A stretch of DNA of 64,000 bases from Burkholderiales bacterium (lineage in GTDB: Bacteria > Pseudomonadota > Gammaproteobacteria > Burkholderiales > Burkholderiaceae_C). A program made the translations under genes and the position numbers. The notes beneath the pieces are model-generated. The model was not told where the DNA came from. It was given only the letters and a program-made list of their open reading frames with translations, and did not search any database. Positions within the stretch are counted from its first letter, which is position 1. Each line of letters begins with the position of its first letter. This document shows, piece after piece, positions 53,400 through 64,000 of this stretch. The stretch lies in the NCBI GenBank assembly GCA_031418595.1, contig JANOXU010000267.1, forward strand, positions 1,848 to 65,847. Reading direction: 5' to 3'.

Positions 53400-55187
53400 T
53401 CACGCCGCCTTCGGCTCCGCGGCGGGCGGCTCACCGCTGGCCGGCGTAGCCGGGGCAGGCTCGGCAGCCATGCTGCGCGCGCGCTGCACCGCATGCTGGG
53501 CGGCCAGAAACGCGAACACCAGCCCCGGCCCCAGCGTGATGCCCGGCGCCGGGTACACGCCGCCCATCACCGAATGCATGTCGTTGCCGCAGGCATACAG
53601 GCCGGGAATGGCAGCGCCTTGCGCGTCCAGCGCGCGGGCGTGGGCGTCGGTGAGAAAGCCGGTGGCCGCGCCGATGTCGCCGGGGTAGAGCTGCACCGCG
53701 TAGAAGGGCGGCTCGCTGAGCGCGCCCATGGTGGGGTTGGCGCCGGTCCAGGTGGGGTCGCCGTTGGCGCGCTGGTAGGTGCTGCCGCCGCGGCGGAACT
53801 CGGTGTCATTGCCGCTGGCGGCCATGGTGTTGAACACGGCCACGGTCTGCTCCAGGTTGGCCGCGGGCACGTTGAGCTTGGCGGCCAGCGCGGCCGGTGT
53901 GGCGCCACTGAGCACATAGCCGTCAGCCAGCGCCGCGCGCAGCCCCATGCCACCCGGGCGCACCATGCCCAGGCCGTATTTGCGCAGGCCTTGCGCGTCG
54001 GTGACCAGGTAAGACGGAATGCACGGCGTGAAGCGGTTGGCGGCCTGCATGGCCAGGGCAAACAAGTGGTACGAGGTGGATTCGTTCAAGTAGCGCTTGC
54101 CGCGTGAGTTGACCACCAGCGTGTGCGGCTTGGCGCGGTCGAAAACGAAGTGCGGGAACGCGGCGGTGCTGCCATCGGCGCGTTGGCGCAGCGACACCGG
54201 CGCCCAGAAGCAATCGCTCTGGCCGGTGGGGCCATACTTCGCGCCAACTTCTTCAGCCAATTCGTGCGCAGCACCCAAATGGCCGGGTGCACCGGGGCAC
54301 CATTCAGGCTCGATGCCGGGCAACCGTTCGGCGCGCCGCTGCGCATGGCGGTTAAAGCCACCGCTGGCCAGCACCACGCCACCGCGGGCATGCAGCGTGC
54401 GGGTCTGGAAGTTTTGGCGCAGGGTGATTGAATCCACACCACCTTCGCTGCGCGCCAGGCCGGTGACCTGCGTGTGCAGCAGCAGGCTCACGCCGCGCTC
54501 GCGCAGCGACAGCAACAGCCGGCCGACGAGCGCGTTGCCCATCAACAAGCGCGTGCCACGTGGGTGCTTCAGGCGGTCTTGCACATGGCGCCAGATGATC
54601 TGCGCGCAGTACTTGAATGAATCGGGCGAACGGCTCCAACTCAGCAGATGGCCGATGTCGTCGCGGTCGACCATCATCCCTTTGAGCACGGTGAATTCGG
54701 GGATCGGCGGGCGCACCACGGCGAACAACTCGCCCAGCAGCCGGCCGTCAAAGGGCAGCGGCTCCAGCGCGCGGCCGCACAGCGAGGCGCCTTCCAGGTC
54801 AGACAGGTAATCGGGGTGGAACGGCCGCGCGCGGTACTTCACCTGCGAGTTCGTTTCGAGCTGCGCCACCGCCTGCGCGCCGTGGGCCAACAAGGCCGCG
54901 CGCAGCGTGGCACTGCTGCGGTGGGCCACGGCGCGGTCCAGGAAGGTGGTGGCGGCGGCCAGGGAGTCGTCGGCATTCACCGCGGCGCCCACGGCGCTGC
55001 CGGGGATCCAGGTGGTGCCTGCCGAAAGGGCCGTGCTGCCGCCGACGAAACCGGTGGCCTCGACCAGCAGCACCCGCGCGCCGCTGATGGCCGCAAACAA
55101 CGCGGCCGACATGCCGGCACCGCCGGCACCGACAACGATGACATCGAAGCTTTCGCCGTCGGTGAGCTGGGCAAGGTCTTGGAGCAT
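53400..55187 (-). CDS. FAD-dependent oxidoreductase, KstD-like (second paralog)
   Basis: Start MLQDLAQ at 55187; DVIVVGAGGAG, GGSTALSAG, PGDIGAATG, YPAPGITLGPG. Confidence 0.85.
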   Translation of the reverse strand: MLQDLAQLTDGESFDVIVVGAGGAGMSAALFAAISGARVLLVEATGFVGGSTALSAGTTWIPGSAVGAAVNADDSLAAATTFLDRAVAHRSSATLRAALLAHGAQAVAQLETNSQVKYRARPFHPDYLSDLEGASLCGRALEPLPFDGRLLGELFAVVRPPIPEFTVLKGMMVDRDDIGHLLSWSRSPDSFKYCAQIIWRHVQDRLKHPRGTRLLMGNALVGRLLLSLRERGVSLLLHTQVTGLARSEGGVDSITLRQNFQTRTLHARGGVVLASGGFNRHAQRRAERLPGIEPEWCPGAPGHLGAAHELAEEVGAKYGPTGQSDCFWAPVSLRQRADGSTAAFPHFVFDRAKPHTLVVNSRGKRYLNESTSYHLFALAMQAANRFTPCIPSYLVTDAQGLRKYGLGMVRPGGMGLRAALADGYVLSGATPAALAAKLNVPAANLEQTVAVFNTMAASGNDTEFRRGGSTYQRANGDPTWTGANPTMGALSEPPFYAVQLYPGDIGAATGFLTDAHARALDAQGAAIPGLYACGNDMHSVMGGVYPAPGITLGPGLVFAFLAAQHAVQRARSMAAEPAPATPASGEPPAAEPKAA

Positions 55188-55299
55188 GAGGTGCCTGGAG
55201 TGCGAGCGGGCGGCCGGCTTGGCGAGTGTGCCAAAGAAAGCGCCTGCCAGCCCGCATGCCCTGTACCGGCGAGTTGACCGAGAATGCCGCCAAGTAACC

Positions 55300-57270
<1,971 letters not shown>

Positions 57271-57492
57271 CTGCAATGACGCGCTGGTACGCAAGGGCAA
57301 GGCGAGCGTTTGCGTGATGCGCCAGGGGGGTCGCTGGGGGCATCCGCGCGCGTAGCACCTCAGTACCCAGTTTCACAAGTGCACGCACATGAAATCGCGC
57401 CCTTTCGGGCCATGGCGTCGTTGCAAATCCTCGCCAACCCACACGCCTTCCTCCAAATGGTGCTATGGTTTCCACCAAATGGAGATGAGCCA

Positions 57493-58092
57493 ATGAGCGA
57501 CCTGTCAGCCCCCTTGCGGCGAAGCGCCAGGGCGTTGGTGCGTTCAAGCGCCGCGATCGCGGCACCTTCTCAGCCTTTTGCCAGTGCCGAGCAATCGGCC
57601 GCGTTTTGGAACGTCAGCAAGCGCGATCGTGAACGCAAGCCGAAAGAGGCGCTGCATGCGCTGCTCGAGCGCGTCAAGGCCAATTCGCCAGTGCAGCTCT
57701 TCGACGCCGTTGAGCAAGGTGTGCCAACCAGCATCGTGCTGTTGTTGGCCGGCGCCTTCGGGCAGCCGGTCGCTTCCGTGATGCAGTTGATGGGCGTTTC
57801 GGAAACCACCTTCAGGCGCAAGGAAGAGGCCGGTGAGTCGTTGCCCGAAGTGGCAGGTTACAGGGCAATGGGCTTGCTGCGAGTCATGTCTACATTGCAA
57901 CAGTTGCTCCAGGAAAGTGGCGACCCGGCGTTGCTGCCGGGGTTCGACCTCGAAGCCTGGGTCAGCGCCTGGATACGCACGCCTGTGCCCGCGCTGCATG
58001 GCAAGACACCCGCAGACATGCTGCGCAACCCCGAAGGCCAGCGTGCCGTGGAAGACTTGCTTGAGCGCATGCGTGGGGGCCTGGTGGCGTGA
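57493..58092 (+). CDS. Xre/MbcA/ParS-type antitoxin
   Basis: Start MSDLSAP at 57493; HTH-like (GVSETTFRRK); C-terminal W..TPVPALHGKTPADML domain. Confidence 0.82.
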   Translation: MSDLSAPLRRSARALVRSSAAIAAPSQPFASAEQSAAFWNVSKRDRERKPKEALHALLERVKANSPVQLFDAVEQGVPTSIVLLLAGAFGQPVASVMQLMGVSETTFRRKEEAGESLPEVAGYRAMGLLRVMSTLQQLLQESGDPALLPGFDLEAWVSAWIRTPVPALHGKTPADMLRNPEGQRAVEDLLERMRGGLVA

Positions 58093-58565
58093 CGGTGCAG
58101 CTGTGGCGGATTGCCTCAGACACGCCAGCTTGGTTGGCCGAAGACATGGCTGGTAAAGGTGCTTCAAGCAAGGGCGGGCGCTGGAATGCTGCGGGTGAGG
58201 CCGTTACCTACGCGTCAACTTCCGTGTCGCTTGCGGCCTGGGAGACACGTGCTCACCTTGGCCCAGCGGGAGTGCAGCTACCGCTGAATAGATTTCTGGT
58301 GTGCATTGACGTTCCAGATGATGTTTGGAACACGAGAGCACGGGTCGCCATGCCATTGCCGGTCGGCTGGGATGCGATTCCCGAGGGCAGTGTGTCCAGG
58401 CAATTGGGCTCGAAGTGGCTGAACGCCGCTGCCACGGCGCTGTTTGTCGTACCCTCGGTGATCATTTCCGAGGAGATCAATGTCCTCATCAACCCGGCAC
58501 ATGCGCAAGCGCAGCGTCTTCGCGCCACCAAGGTTCGCCGCTTTCTTTATGACCCGAGGGTCTGA
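58089..58565 (+). CDS. RES-domain toxin (GTG start)
   Basis: LWRI..G.GA...GGRWN..G..YASTSVSLAAWE, VPSVII..E.NVLINP; R-E-S residues present. Confidence 0.9.
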   Translation: MTVQLWRIASDTPAWLAEDMAGKGASSKGGRWNAAGEAVTYASTSVSLAAWETRAHLGPAGVQLPLNRFLVCIDVPDDVWNTRARVAMPLPVGWDAIPEGSVSRQLGSKWLNAAATALFVVPSVIISEEINVLINPAHAQAQRLRATKVRRFLYDPRV

Positions 58566-60813
58566 ACGCTTTCGGGCAATCTGCTGCCTGCTTGCCGCCA
58601 TGGGGCTTTGGCTGGGTTTGGCCGCATGCAGCAACAGCCCCTACCCCGAAGGCGCTGCGGCCGAGAACACGCTGTTCAATTCGTTCGACGAACGCTCGCC
58701 GCGCTACCTCGACCCCACCGCTTCCTACAGCAACCCGGAAACGCCTTACACCTTTTCCACCTACGAGCCGCTGTACGGCTACCACTACCTCAAGCGCCCG
58801 TACACGTTGATCCCCAAGGCGGCGGTGGAAGTGGTGCCGCCGTATTTTCTGGACAAGGCCGGCAACCGCCTGCCCGACGACGCCGCGCCCGACGCGGTTG
58901 CGCAAAGCGTGTACGACGTGCGCATAAAGCCCGGCATTCGCTACGCGCCGCACCCCGCGTTCGCCAAGGACGCGCAAGGCCGCTACCTGTACCACGCGCT
59001 CAAGCCAGGCGAACTGGGCGAACGCCGCTCGCCGTGGGACTTTGCCGTGCAAGGCACGCGCGAGCTGGTGGCTGATGACTATGTGTACGCGCTCAAGCGC
59101 CACGCCACCACGCGCATCGAGGCCCCGATCTTTGCGGTGTTCTCTGAGTACCTGCTGGGCCTGAGAGAGTACGCCGATCTCATCAAGGCCGAAGACAAGA
59201 AGCTGCTCGCCGGCATGGGCGCCGATGCGCTGGACAAACCCTTCCTCGACTTCCGCCGCTGGCCGCTGGCCGGGGCCGAGGCAGTTGGCAGCCACACCGT
59301 GCGCATGCGCATCAAGGGCAAGTACCCGCAGTGGAAGTACTGGCTGGCCATGACCTTCACCGCACCCGTGCCCTGGGAAGCCGACGCCTTCTATGCCCAG
59401 CCGGGCATGAATGCGAACGGCCTGTCTTTGATCCGCTGGCCGGTGGGCACGGGCCCGTACATGATGACCGAGTACGTGCAAGACCGGCGCCACGTGATGA
59501 AGCGCAACCCGAACTACCACGGCGAAACCTACCCCTGCGAAGGCATGCCGGGGGATGCCGAATTGGGCTTGTTGGCTGACTGCGGCAAAGCGCTGCCATT
59601 TGCCGACACGGTGGTCAGCAGCTTCGTCAAGGAGCGTGTCCCACGCAAGGAGATGTTCAAGCAGGGCTACCTCGACGTGCCCGAGATCGAACGCCCGGAA
59701 TGGGGCGTGGAGTTTCGCGTCGACGCCGATGACTCACCCGCCGTGACCAAGCTCTTCGCCGAGCGCGGCTTCAAGTTCCCGCTCACGACTGACATCAACA
59801 GTTGGTACCTTGGCTTCAACTGGCTCGACCCGGTGGTGGGCAAGGGCGACACGCCCGAGCAGCAAGTGAAAAACCGCAAGCTGCGCCAGGCGCTGAGTAT
59901 CGCCATCGACTGGGAAGAGGGCTACGGCAAGATCTTTCGCACCAAGGGTGGCGTGGCCGCGCACGGGCCGGTGCCGCCGGGGGTGTTCGGCTCGCGGGAG
60001 GGCTCGCCGCAAGGCTTCAACCCCATCACGCACAAGCTGGTGGGCGGCAAGCCAGAGCGGCGCTCGATTGAGGAAGCCAAACAGTTGCTCACGGAAGCCG
60101 GTTACCCCGACGGGCGCGAGACCAAGACCGGCAAGCCGCTGGTGCTGAACTACGACTACCAGCGCACGCCCACGCCCGAGATTCGCGCAGAGCTGGACTG
60201 GATGGTCAAGCAGTTCACCAAGCTTGGCGTGCAGCTCGAAGTGCGCGCCACTGACTACAACCAGTTCCAGGAAAAGGTGCTGCAAGGCAAGCAGCAGATC
60301 TTCTGGTGGGGCTGGCTGGCCGACTACCCCGATGCCGAGAACTTCCTGTTCTTGTTGTACGGCCCGAACGCCAAGTTCCCCAAGCAGGGCGAGAACGCGG
60401 CCAACTACGCCAACCCTGAATACGACAAGCTGTACCTGCAAATGCAGGCGCTGGAAGATGGGCCCGACAAGCAGGCCATCATCGACCGCATGGTGGCCGT
60501 CGTGCGTGAAGATTCGCCCTGGGCCTGGGGCTACTGGCCCTATGTCGGCCTGGCGTTCCAGAGCTGGGTGCACAACGGCAAACCCACCATCATCATCCGC
60601 GACATGGCCAAGTACTACCGGGTCGATGCCGCGCAGCGCGTGGCGCGCCAGGCGCAGTGGAACCAGGCCACCTGGTGGCCGCTGGTGGCCATGGTGGCGC
60701 TGGCCCTGGGCCTGGCCTGGGGTGCGCGGCGGGCCTACCAGCGGCGGCAAGACGCCACGGCCAAGCGCATCGACGCGCGACCTGGCGGTGCCGCCGTGCA
60801 AGGGGCCGATTGA
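58549..60813 (+). CDS. Family 5 (peptide/nickel) ABC substrate-binding lipoprotein; start 58549 or 58600
   Basis: LAAC lipobox; YLDPTASY, YEPLYGYHYLKRPY, PVGTGPY, KLRQALS, WLADYPDAENFL. Confidence 0.88.
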   Translation: MTRGSERFRAICCLLAAMGLWLGLAACSNSPYPEGAAAENTLFNSFDERSPRYLDPTASYSNPETPYTFSTYEPLYGYHYLKRPYTLIPKAAVEVVPPYFLDKAGNRLPDDAAPDAVAQSVYDVRIKPGIRYAPHPAFAKDAQGRYLYHALKPGELGERRSPWDFAVQGTRELVADDYVYALKRHATTRIEAPIFAVFSEYLLGLREYADLIKAEDKKLLAGMGADALDKPFLDFRRWPLAGAEAVGSHTVRMRIKGKYPQWKYWLAMTFTAPVPWEADAFYAQPGMNANGLSLIRWPVGTGPYMMTEYVQDRRHVMKRNPNYHGETYPCEGMPGDAELGLLADCGKALPFADTVVSSFVKERVPRKEMFKQGYLDVPEIERPEWGVEFRVDADDSPAVTKLFAERGFKFPLTTDINSWYLGFNWLDPVVGKGDTPEQQVKNRKLRQALSIAIDWEEGYGKIFRTKGGVAAHGPVPPGVFGSREGSPQGFNPITHKLVGGKPERRSIEEAKQLLTEAGYPDGRETKTGKPLVLNYDYQRTPTPEIRAELDWMVKQFTKLGVQLEVRATDYNQFQEKVLQGKQQIFWWGWLADYPDAENFLFLLYGPNAKFPKQGENAANYANPEYDKLYLQMQALEDGPDKQAIIDRMVAVVREDSPWAWGYWPYVGLAFQSWVHNGKPTIIIRDMAKYYRVDAAQRVARQAQWNQATWWPLVAMVALALGLAWGARRAYQRRQDATAKRIDARPGGAAVQGAD

Positions 60814-61796
60814 TGCTGAACTACGTTTTGCGCCGGCTGGCCTATGGCGTGCTGGTGCTGATCGGGGTGAATCTGTTCACCTTTGCCTTGTTCTTCACCG
60901 TCAACACGCCTGACGACATGGCGCGTTTGAATATCGGCGGCAAACGCGTTTCGCAGGACCAGATCGAAAAATGGAAGGGTGAACGCGGCTATGACAAGCC
61001 GCTGTACTGGAACGTTAAGGCCGAAGGCGCCGACAAATTCACGGAAACCATTCTTTGGGAGCGCTCGGCGTCGTTGTTCACGTTCAACTTCGGCCGTTCC
61101 GATTCGCGCCAGGCGGTGGACATCGGCCATGAAATCACCACCCGCATGGGCGTGAGCCTGCAACTGGCCGTGCCGCTGTTCCTGCTGCAAGTGCTGGTGT
61201 CGGTGAGCTTCGCCCTGATGCTGGTTTTCTTCCGCCATTCGGTGATCGACTTCTGGGGCGTGGTGCTGTGCGTGGTGATGTTGTCGATCAGCAGCCTGTT
61301 CTACATCATCGTCGGCCAGTTCTTCTTCTCGCGCCTGATGCACCTGGCGCCCATGAGCGGCTACGCCGGCGGGCTGGACGCGGCGCGCTTTCTCGCGCTG
61401 CCGATCTTTCTTTCGCTGCTCGCGCGCCTGGGCAGCGAGGCGCGCCTGTACCGCGCAATGTTCCTGGAAGAGATCAGCAAGGACTATGTGCGCACCGCGC
61501 GCGCCAAGGGCTTGAGCGAAGGCGTGGTGCTGGTGCGCCATGTGCTGCGCAATGCACTCATCCCGATCATCACCAGTGCCGGTTCGTACCTGCCGTACGT
61601 GTTCCTGGGCAGCCTGGTGTTCGAAAGCTTCTTCGGCATTCCGGGCCTGGGTGCCTTCGTCATCGACGCCATCACCGGCCAAGACTTCGCCATCGTGCGC
61701 AGCATGGTGTTCCTTGGCGCGGTGCTGTATGTGCTGAGCTATGTGTTGATCGACGTGGCGTATACCTGGGTTGATCCGCGGGTGAGACTGCTATGA
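60813..61796 (+). CDS. Peptide ABC permease (OppB/DppB-like)
   Basis: MLNYVLRRL; DYVRTARAKGL EAA loop; VFESFFGIPGLG. Confidence 0.93.
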   Translation: MLNYVLRRLAYGVLVLIGVNLFTFALFFTVNTPDDMARLNIGGKRVSQDQIEKWKGERGYDKPLYWNVKAEGADKFTETILWERSASLFTFNFGRSDSRQAVDIGHEITTRMGVSLQLAVPLFLLQVLVSVSFALMLVFFRHSVIDFWGVVLCVVMLSISSLFYIIVGQFFFSRLMHLAPMSGYAGGLDAARFLALPIFLSLLARLGSEARLYRAMFLEEISKDYVRTARAKGLSEGVVLVRHVLRNALIPIITSAGSYLPYVFLGSLVFESFFGIPGLGAFVIDAITGQDFAIVRSMVFLGAVLYVLSYVLIDVAYTWVDPRVRLL

Positions 61797-63232
61797 CATC
61801 CGTGCCTAAGTTCGTCTTGCTGTGGACCGACGCGGTCATGTTCCTGCTCTGGGCTAGCCTGGCCTGGTACGGCGTGCACGTGTGGCGTGATGCGCAATTG
61901 CGCGCCACCTGGCACAAGGTGCTGCGCGACGCGCCGGCGCTGTGCGCGGGCATCGTGCTGGCGGCGTTCGCGCTCATCACGGCGCTGGACAGCATTCACT
62001 TCCGCCGCGCCTTGCCTACCGCGCCCGGCGCGCAGCAGTTCTATGCCACCACCACCGAGTCGCTGCTGGATTGGCTGCTGGAGCGGCAGATCAAGATGCG
62101 CGAAACGGGCTACTCGGCGCCGCTGGCCGCCACAGCCTTCAACAAGGACAGCATCGAACGCGGCGGCGTCAGCGTGCGCGACTATCCGCGCCTGAAGTTC
62201 GGTGGCGCCCACCTGCCAGACCCGGCCACGCAGCACAGTGGCGACGTGCTGGGCCGCGCAGCGCTGGGCATGCTGGGTGGCGCGGCGGTGGCCAGCGTGC
62301 TGGTGCTCGGCCTGGCGGGGCTGGTGCGGCGCTCGCACGGTGGTTGGCGCGGCGCCTTGCGCGCCATCGTGGCCGATACCTCCCACCTACCGCTGCGCGC
62401 GGCCACGCTCACGGTATTGGCCATCGGCATGCTCGCCGGCCCGGCGTGGGCCTTGATGGGCCATTACCACGTGCTGGGCACCGACCGCACCGGCAACGAT
62501 GTGTTCTATCAAGCGCTGAAGAGTGTGCGCACGGCCTTTGTCATCGGCACCCTGGCCACCGTGGCCACGCTGCCGTTTGCGGTGGTGCTGGGTGTGCTGG
62601 CGGGCTACTTTCGCGGCTGGGTGGACGAGGTGATTCAGTACCTTTACACCACGCTGAGTTCAGTGCCGAATGTGCTGCTCATTGCCGCCTGCGTGTTGAT
62701 GATGCAGGTGTTCCTGGACAAGCACCCCGACCTGTTTGAAACCGGCAGCGAGCGCTCCGACATCAAGGTATTCCTGCTCTGCGTGATCCTTGGCCTGACC
62801 GGCTGGGCCACGCTGTGCCGCCTGGTGCGCGGCGAGACCATGAAGCTGCGCGAGCTGGAATACGTTCAGGCCGCGCAAGCCTTCGGCGTGAGCGATACGC
62901 GCATCATGCAGCGCCACATCCTGCCCAACCTGATGCACCTGGTGCTCATCACGACCGTGCTGAGCTTTTCAGACCTGATCCTCTATGAAGCCGTGCTCAC
63001 CTATGTGGGCGTGGGGGTGGACCCGAGCATGAACAGCTTCGGCGGCATGATCAACTTGGCGCGCAGCGAAATGAGCCGCGACCCGGTGGTGTGGTGGTCG
63101 TTCGCCGCGGCGTTCGGCTTCATGGTCACCATGGTGCTGGCCGCAAACCTGTTTGCCGACGGCGTGCGCGACGCGTTTGACCCGCGCTCGCGGGCCTTGC
63201 GGCCGCGGTTGGCCAGCAGGCAAATGGCCTGA
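61793..63232 (+). CDS. Peptide ABC permease (OppC/DppC-like)
   Basis: LGTDRTGNDV, GYFRGWVDE, LREL EYVQAAQAFG, HILPN, DGVRDAFDPR. Confidence 0.93.
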   Translation: MTSVPKFVLLWTDAVMFLLWASLAWYGVHVWRDAQLRATWHKVLRDAPALCAGIVLAAFALITALDSIHFRRALPTAPGAQQFYATTTESLLDWLLERQIKMRETGYSAPLAATAFNKDSIERGGVSVRDYPRLKFGGAHLPDPATQHSGDVLGRAALGMLGGAAVASVLVLGLAGLVRRSHGGWRGALRAIVADTSHLPLRAATLTVLAIGMLAGPAWALMGHYHVLGTDRTGNDVFYQALKSVRTAFVIGTLATVATLPFAVVLGVLAGYFRGWVDEVIQYLYTTLSSVPNVLLIAACVLMMQVFLDKHPDLFETGSERSDIKVFLLCVILGLTGWATLCRLVRGETMKLRELEYVQAAQAFGVSDTRIMQRHILPNLMHLVLITTVLSFSDLILYEAVLTYVGVGVDPSMNSFGGMINLARSEMSRDPVVWWSFAAAFGFMVTMVLAANLFADGVRDAFDPRSRALRPRLASRQMA

Positions 63233-63306
63233 AAGTCATGGCATGAATCTAACGTTTGAGGTTTGCCGAAAGCTCAGGCTTGCATGTAAGTTTGCCCGTG
63301 CTACCC

Positions 63307-63334
63307 TGTGTACCCATATTCTGCGAGGTACACA
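63307..63334 (+). promoter_or_regulatory. TGTGTACC-N12-GGTACACA inverted repeat just upstream of vapB; probable autoregulatory operator
   Basis: Perfect 8-bp arms at 63307-63314 and 63327-63334, 2 bp before the ATG. Confidence 0.7.
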
Positions 63335-63336
63335 CC

Positions 63337-63531
63337 ATGCGCACGAACATTGAGATTGACGACAAGCTCATGAGGGATGCATTGAAGGCCACCGGAAGCA
63401 AGACGAAGCGCGAGGCGGTGGAACTTGGGTTGAAGACGCTGGTGCAGCTTCGCGCCCAGGAAAAAGCGCGCGAACTGAGAGGGAAGATTACCTGGCAAGG
63501 TGACCTGGCCGCCATGAGGACAGACAGGTGA
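63337..63531 (+). CDS. vapB: VapB-family antitoxin
   Basis: MRTNIEIDDKLMRDAL...TKREAVELGL...W.GDL..MR. Confidence 0.92.
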   Translation: MRTNIEIDDKLMRDALKATGSKTKREAVELGLKTLVQLRAQEKARELRGKITWQGDLAAMRTDR

Positions 63532-63929
63532 TCTTGGTCGATTCGAGCGTTTGGATTGACTACTTTCGCTCAGCGGATACACCGCAAGTCGCGCTACTCG
63601 ATTCGTACCTTGGCAGTAGCCGGCTTGCAGTGGGTGATTTGATTGCAGCCGAAGTTTTGCAAGGCGTGCATGACGCGCGCGAGTTCAAGCTTGTGAAGAA
63701 GACGCTGGATGCCTTTGTGCACATCGATCTCGTCGGCTACGAGCTGGCGGTCAAGGCTGCAGAAAACTACCGATCACTCAGAAATCATGGCGTCACGGTC
63801 CGCAAGACAATCGACACGCTCATTGCCACTTGCTGCATTGAAAACGGCCTGACGCTCCTTCACGCTGACCACGACTTCGAGCCATTTGCGCAGCATCTCG
63901 GGCTCAAGGTCGCTTATTCCCAAGCCTGA
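63528..63929 (+). CDS. vapC: VapC PIN-domain toxin (GTG start)
   Basis: ILVDSSVWID, EVLQG, RKTIDTLIA, LLHADHDF acidic tetrad. Confidence 0.94.
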   Translation: MILVDSSVWIDYFRSADTPQVALLDSYLGSSRLAVGDLIAAEVLQGVHDAREFKLVKKTLDAFVHIDLVGYELAVKAAENYRSLRNHGVTVRKTIDTLIATCCIENGLTLLHADHDFEPFAQHLGLKVAYSQA

Positions 63930-63942
63930 CTTGGAGTCATCA

Positions 63943-64000
63943 ATGACCGAGCTGGTTGCCGATTCGCCCCGCGCAGGCCTGAGCATGCTGCGCATTGACG
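63943..64000 (+). CDS. 5' end of the next gene, probably the peptide ABC ATPase (truncated by the window)
   Basis: GGAG RBS then ATG; MTELVADSPRAGLSMLRID... The ATPase is the component still missing from the oppABC operon. Confidence 0.45.
   Translation, partial: MTELVADSPRAGLSMLRID

Overview
GC-rich betaproteobacterial chromosome segment, probably Burkholderiales of the Rubrivivax/Ideonella/Methylibium type (inferred from gene content and composition). I found no rRNA, tRNA, CRISPR array, integrase or transposase. In order: (1) 3' part of a multicomponent phenol hydroxylase and catechol meta-cleavage operon (dmpN'OPQB-glcG-dmpCDEH-SDR-dmpI-aroQ), lacking dmpF/dmpG; (2) tartrate/malate dehydrogenase and a Bug solute receptor; (3) an accessory block with three orphan COG2984-type solute-binding proteins around a Cache-HAMP-GAF histidine kinase, a single-domain response regulator and a REC-class III cyclase, interrupted by nitroreductase, MBOAT and AAA-DUF4143 genes; (4) a formyltransferase-2xACT fusion and a VOC-like protein; (5) a three-gene operon of a TIR-nSTAND1-TM-FGE protein, a TpsB transporter and a 1434-aa TpsA whose C-terminal caspase-like domain has lost both catalytic residues, which is the best candidate for an undescribed system; (6) mannonate/KDG genes; (7) an uncharacterised catabolic cluster (acyl-CoA dehydrogenase, shikimate dehydrogenase-like, Liv-type ABC, Gfo/Idh/MocA, IclR, two KstD-like flavoproteins, TIM barrel); (8) an outer-membrane barrel gene and a DUF1800/DUF1501 pair; (9) a DUF2087-tadA-ldcA-peptide ABC operon with two toxin-antitoxin cassettes (RES-Xre, VapBC) inserted. 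Two hairpin-rich elements sit exactly in stop/start overlaps, are flanked by a duplicated ATGA(AA), and carry an open frame that re-couples both neighbouring genes. All family assignments come from motif recognition by eye, not from database searches.
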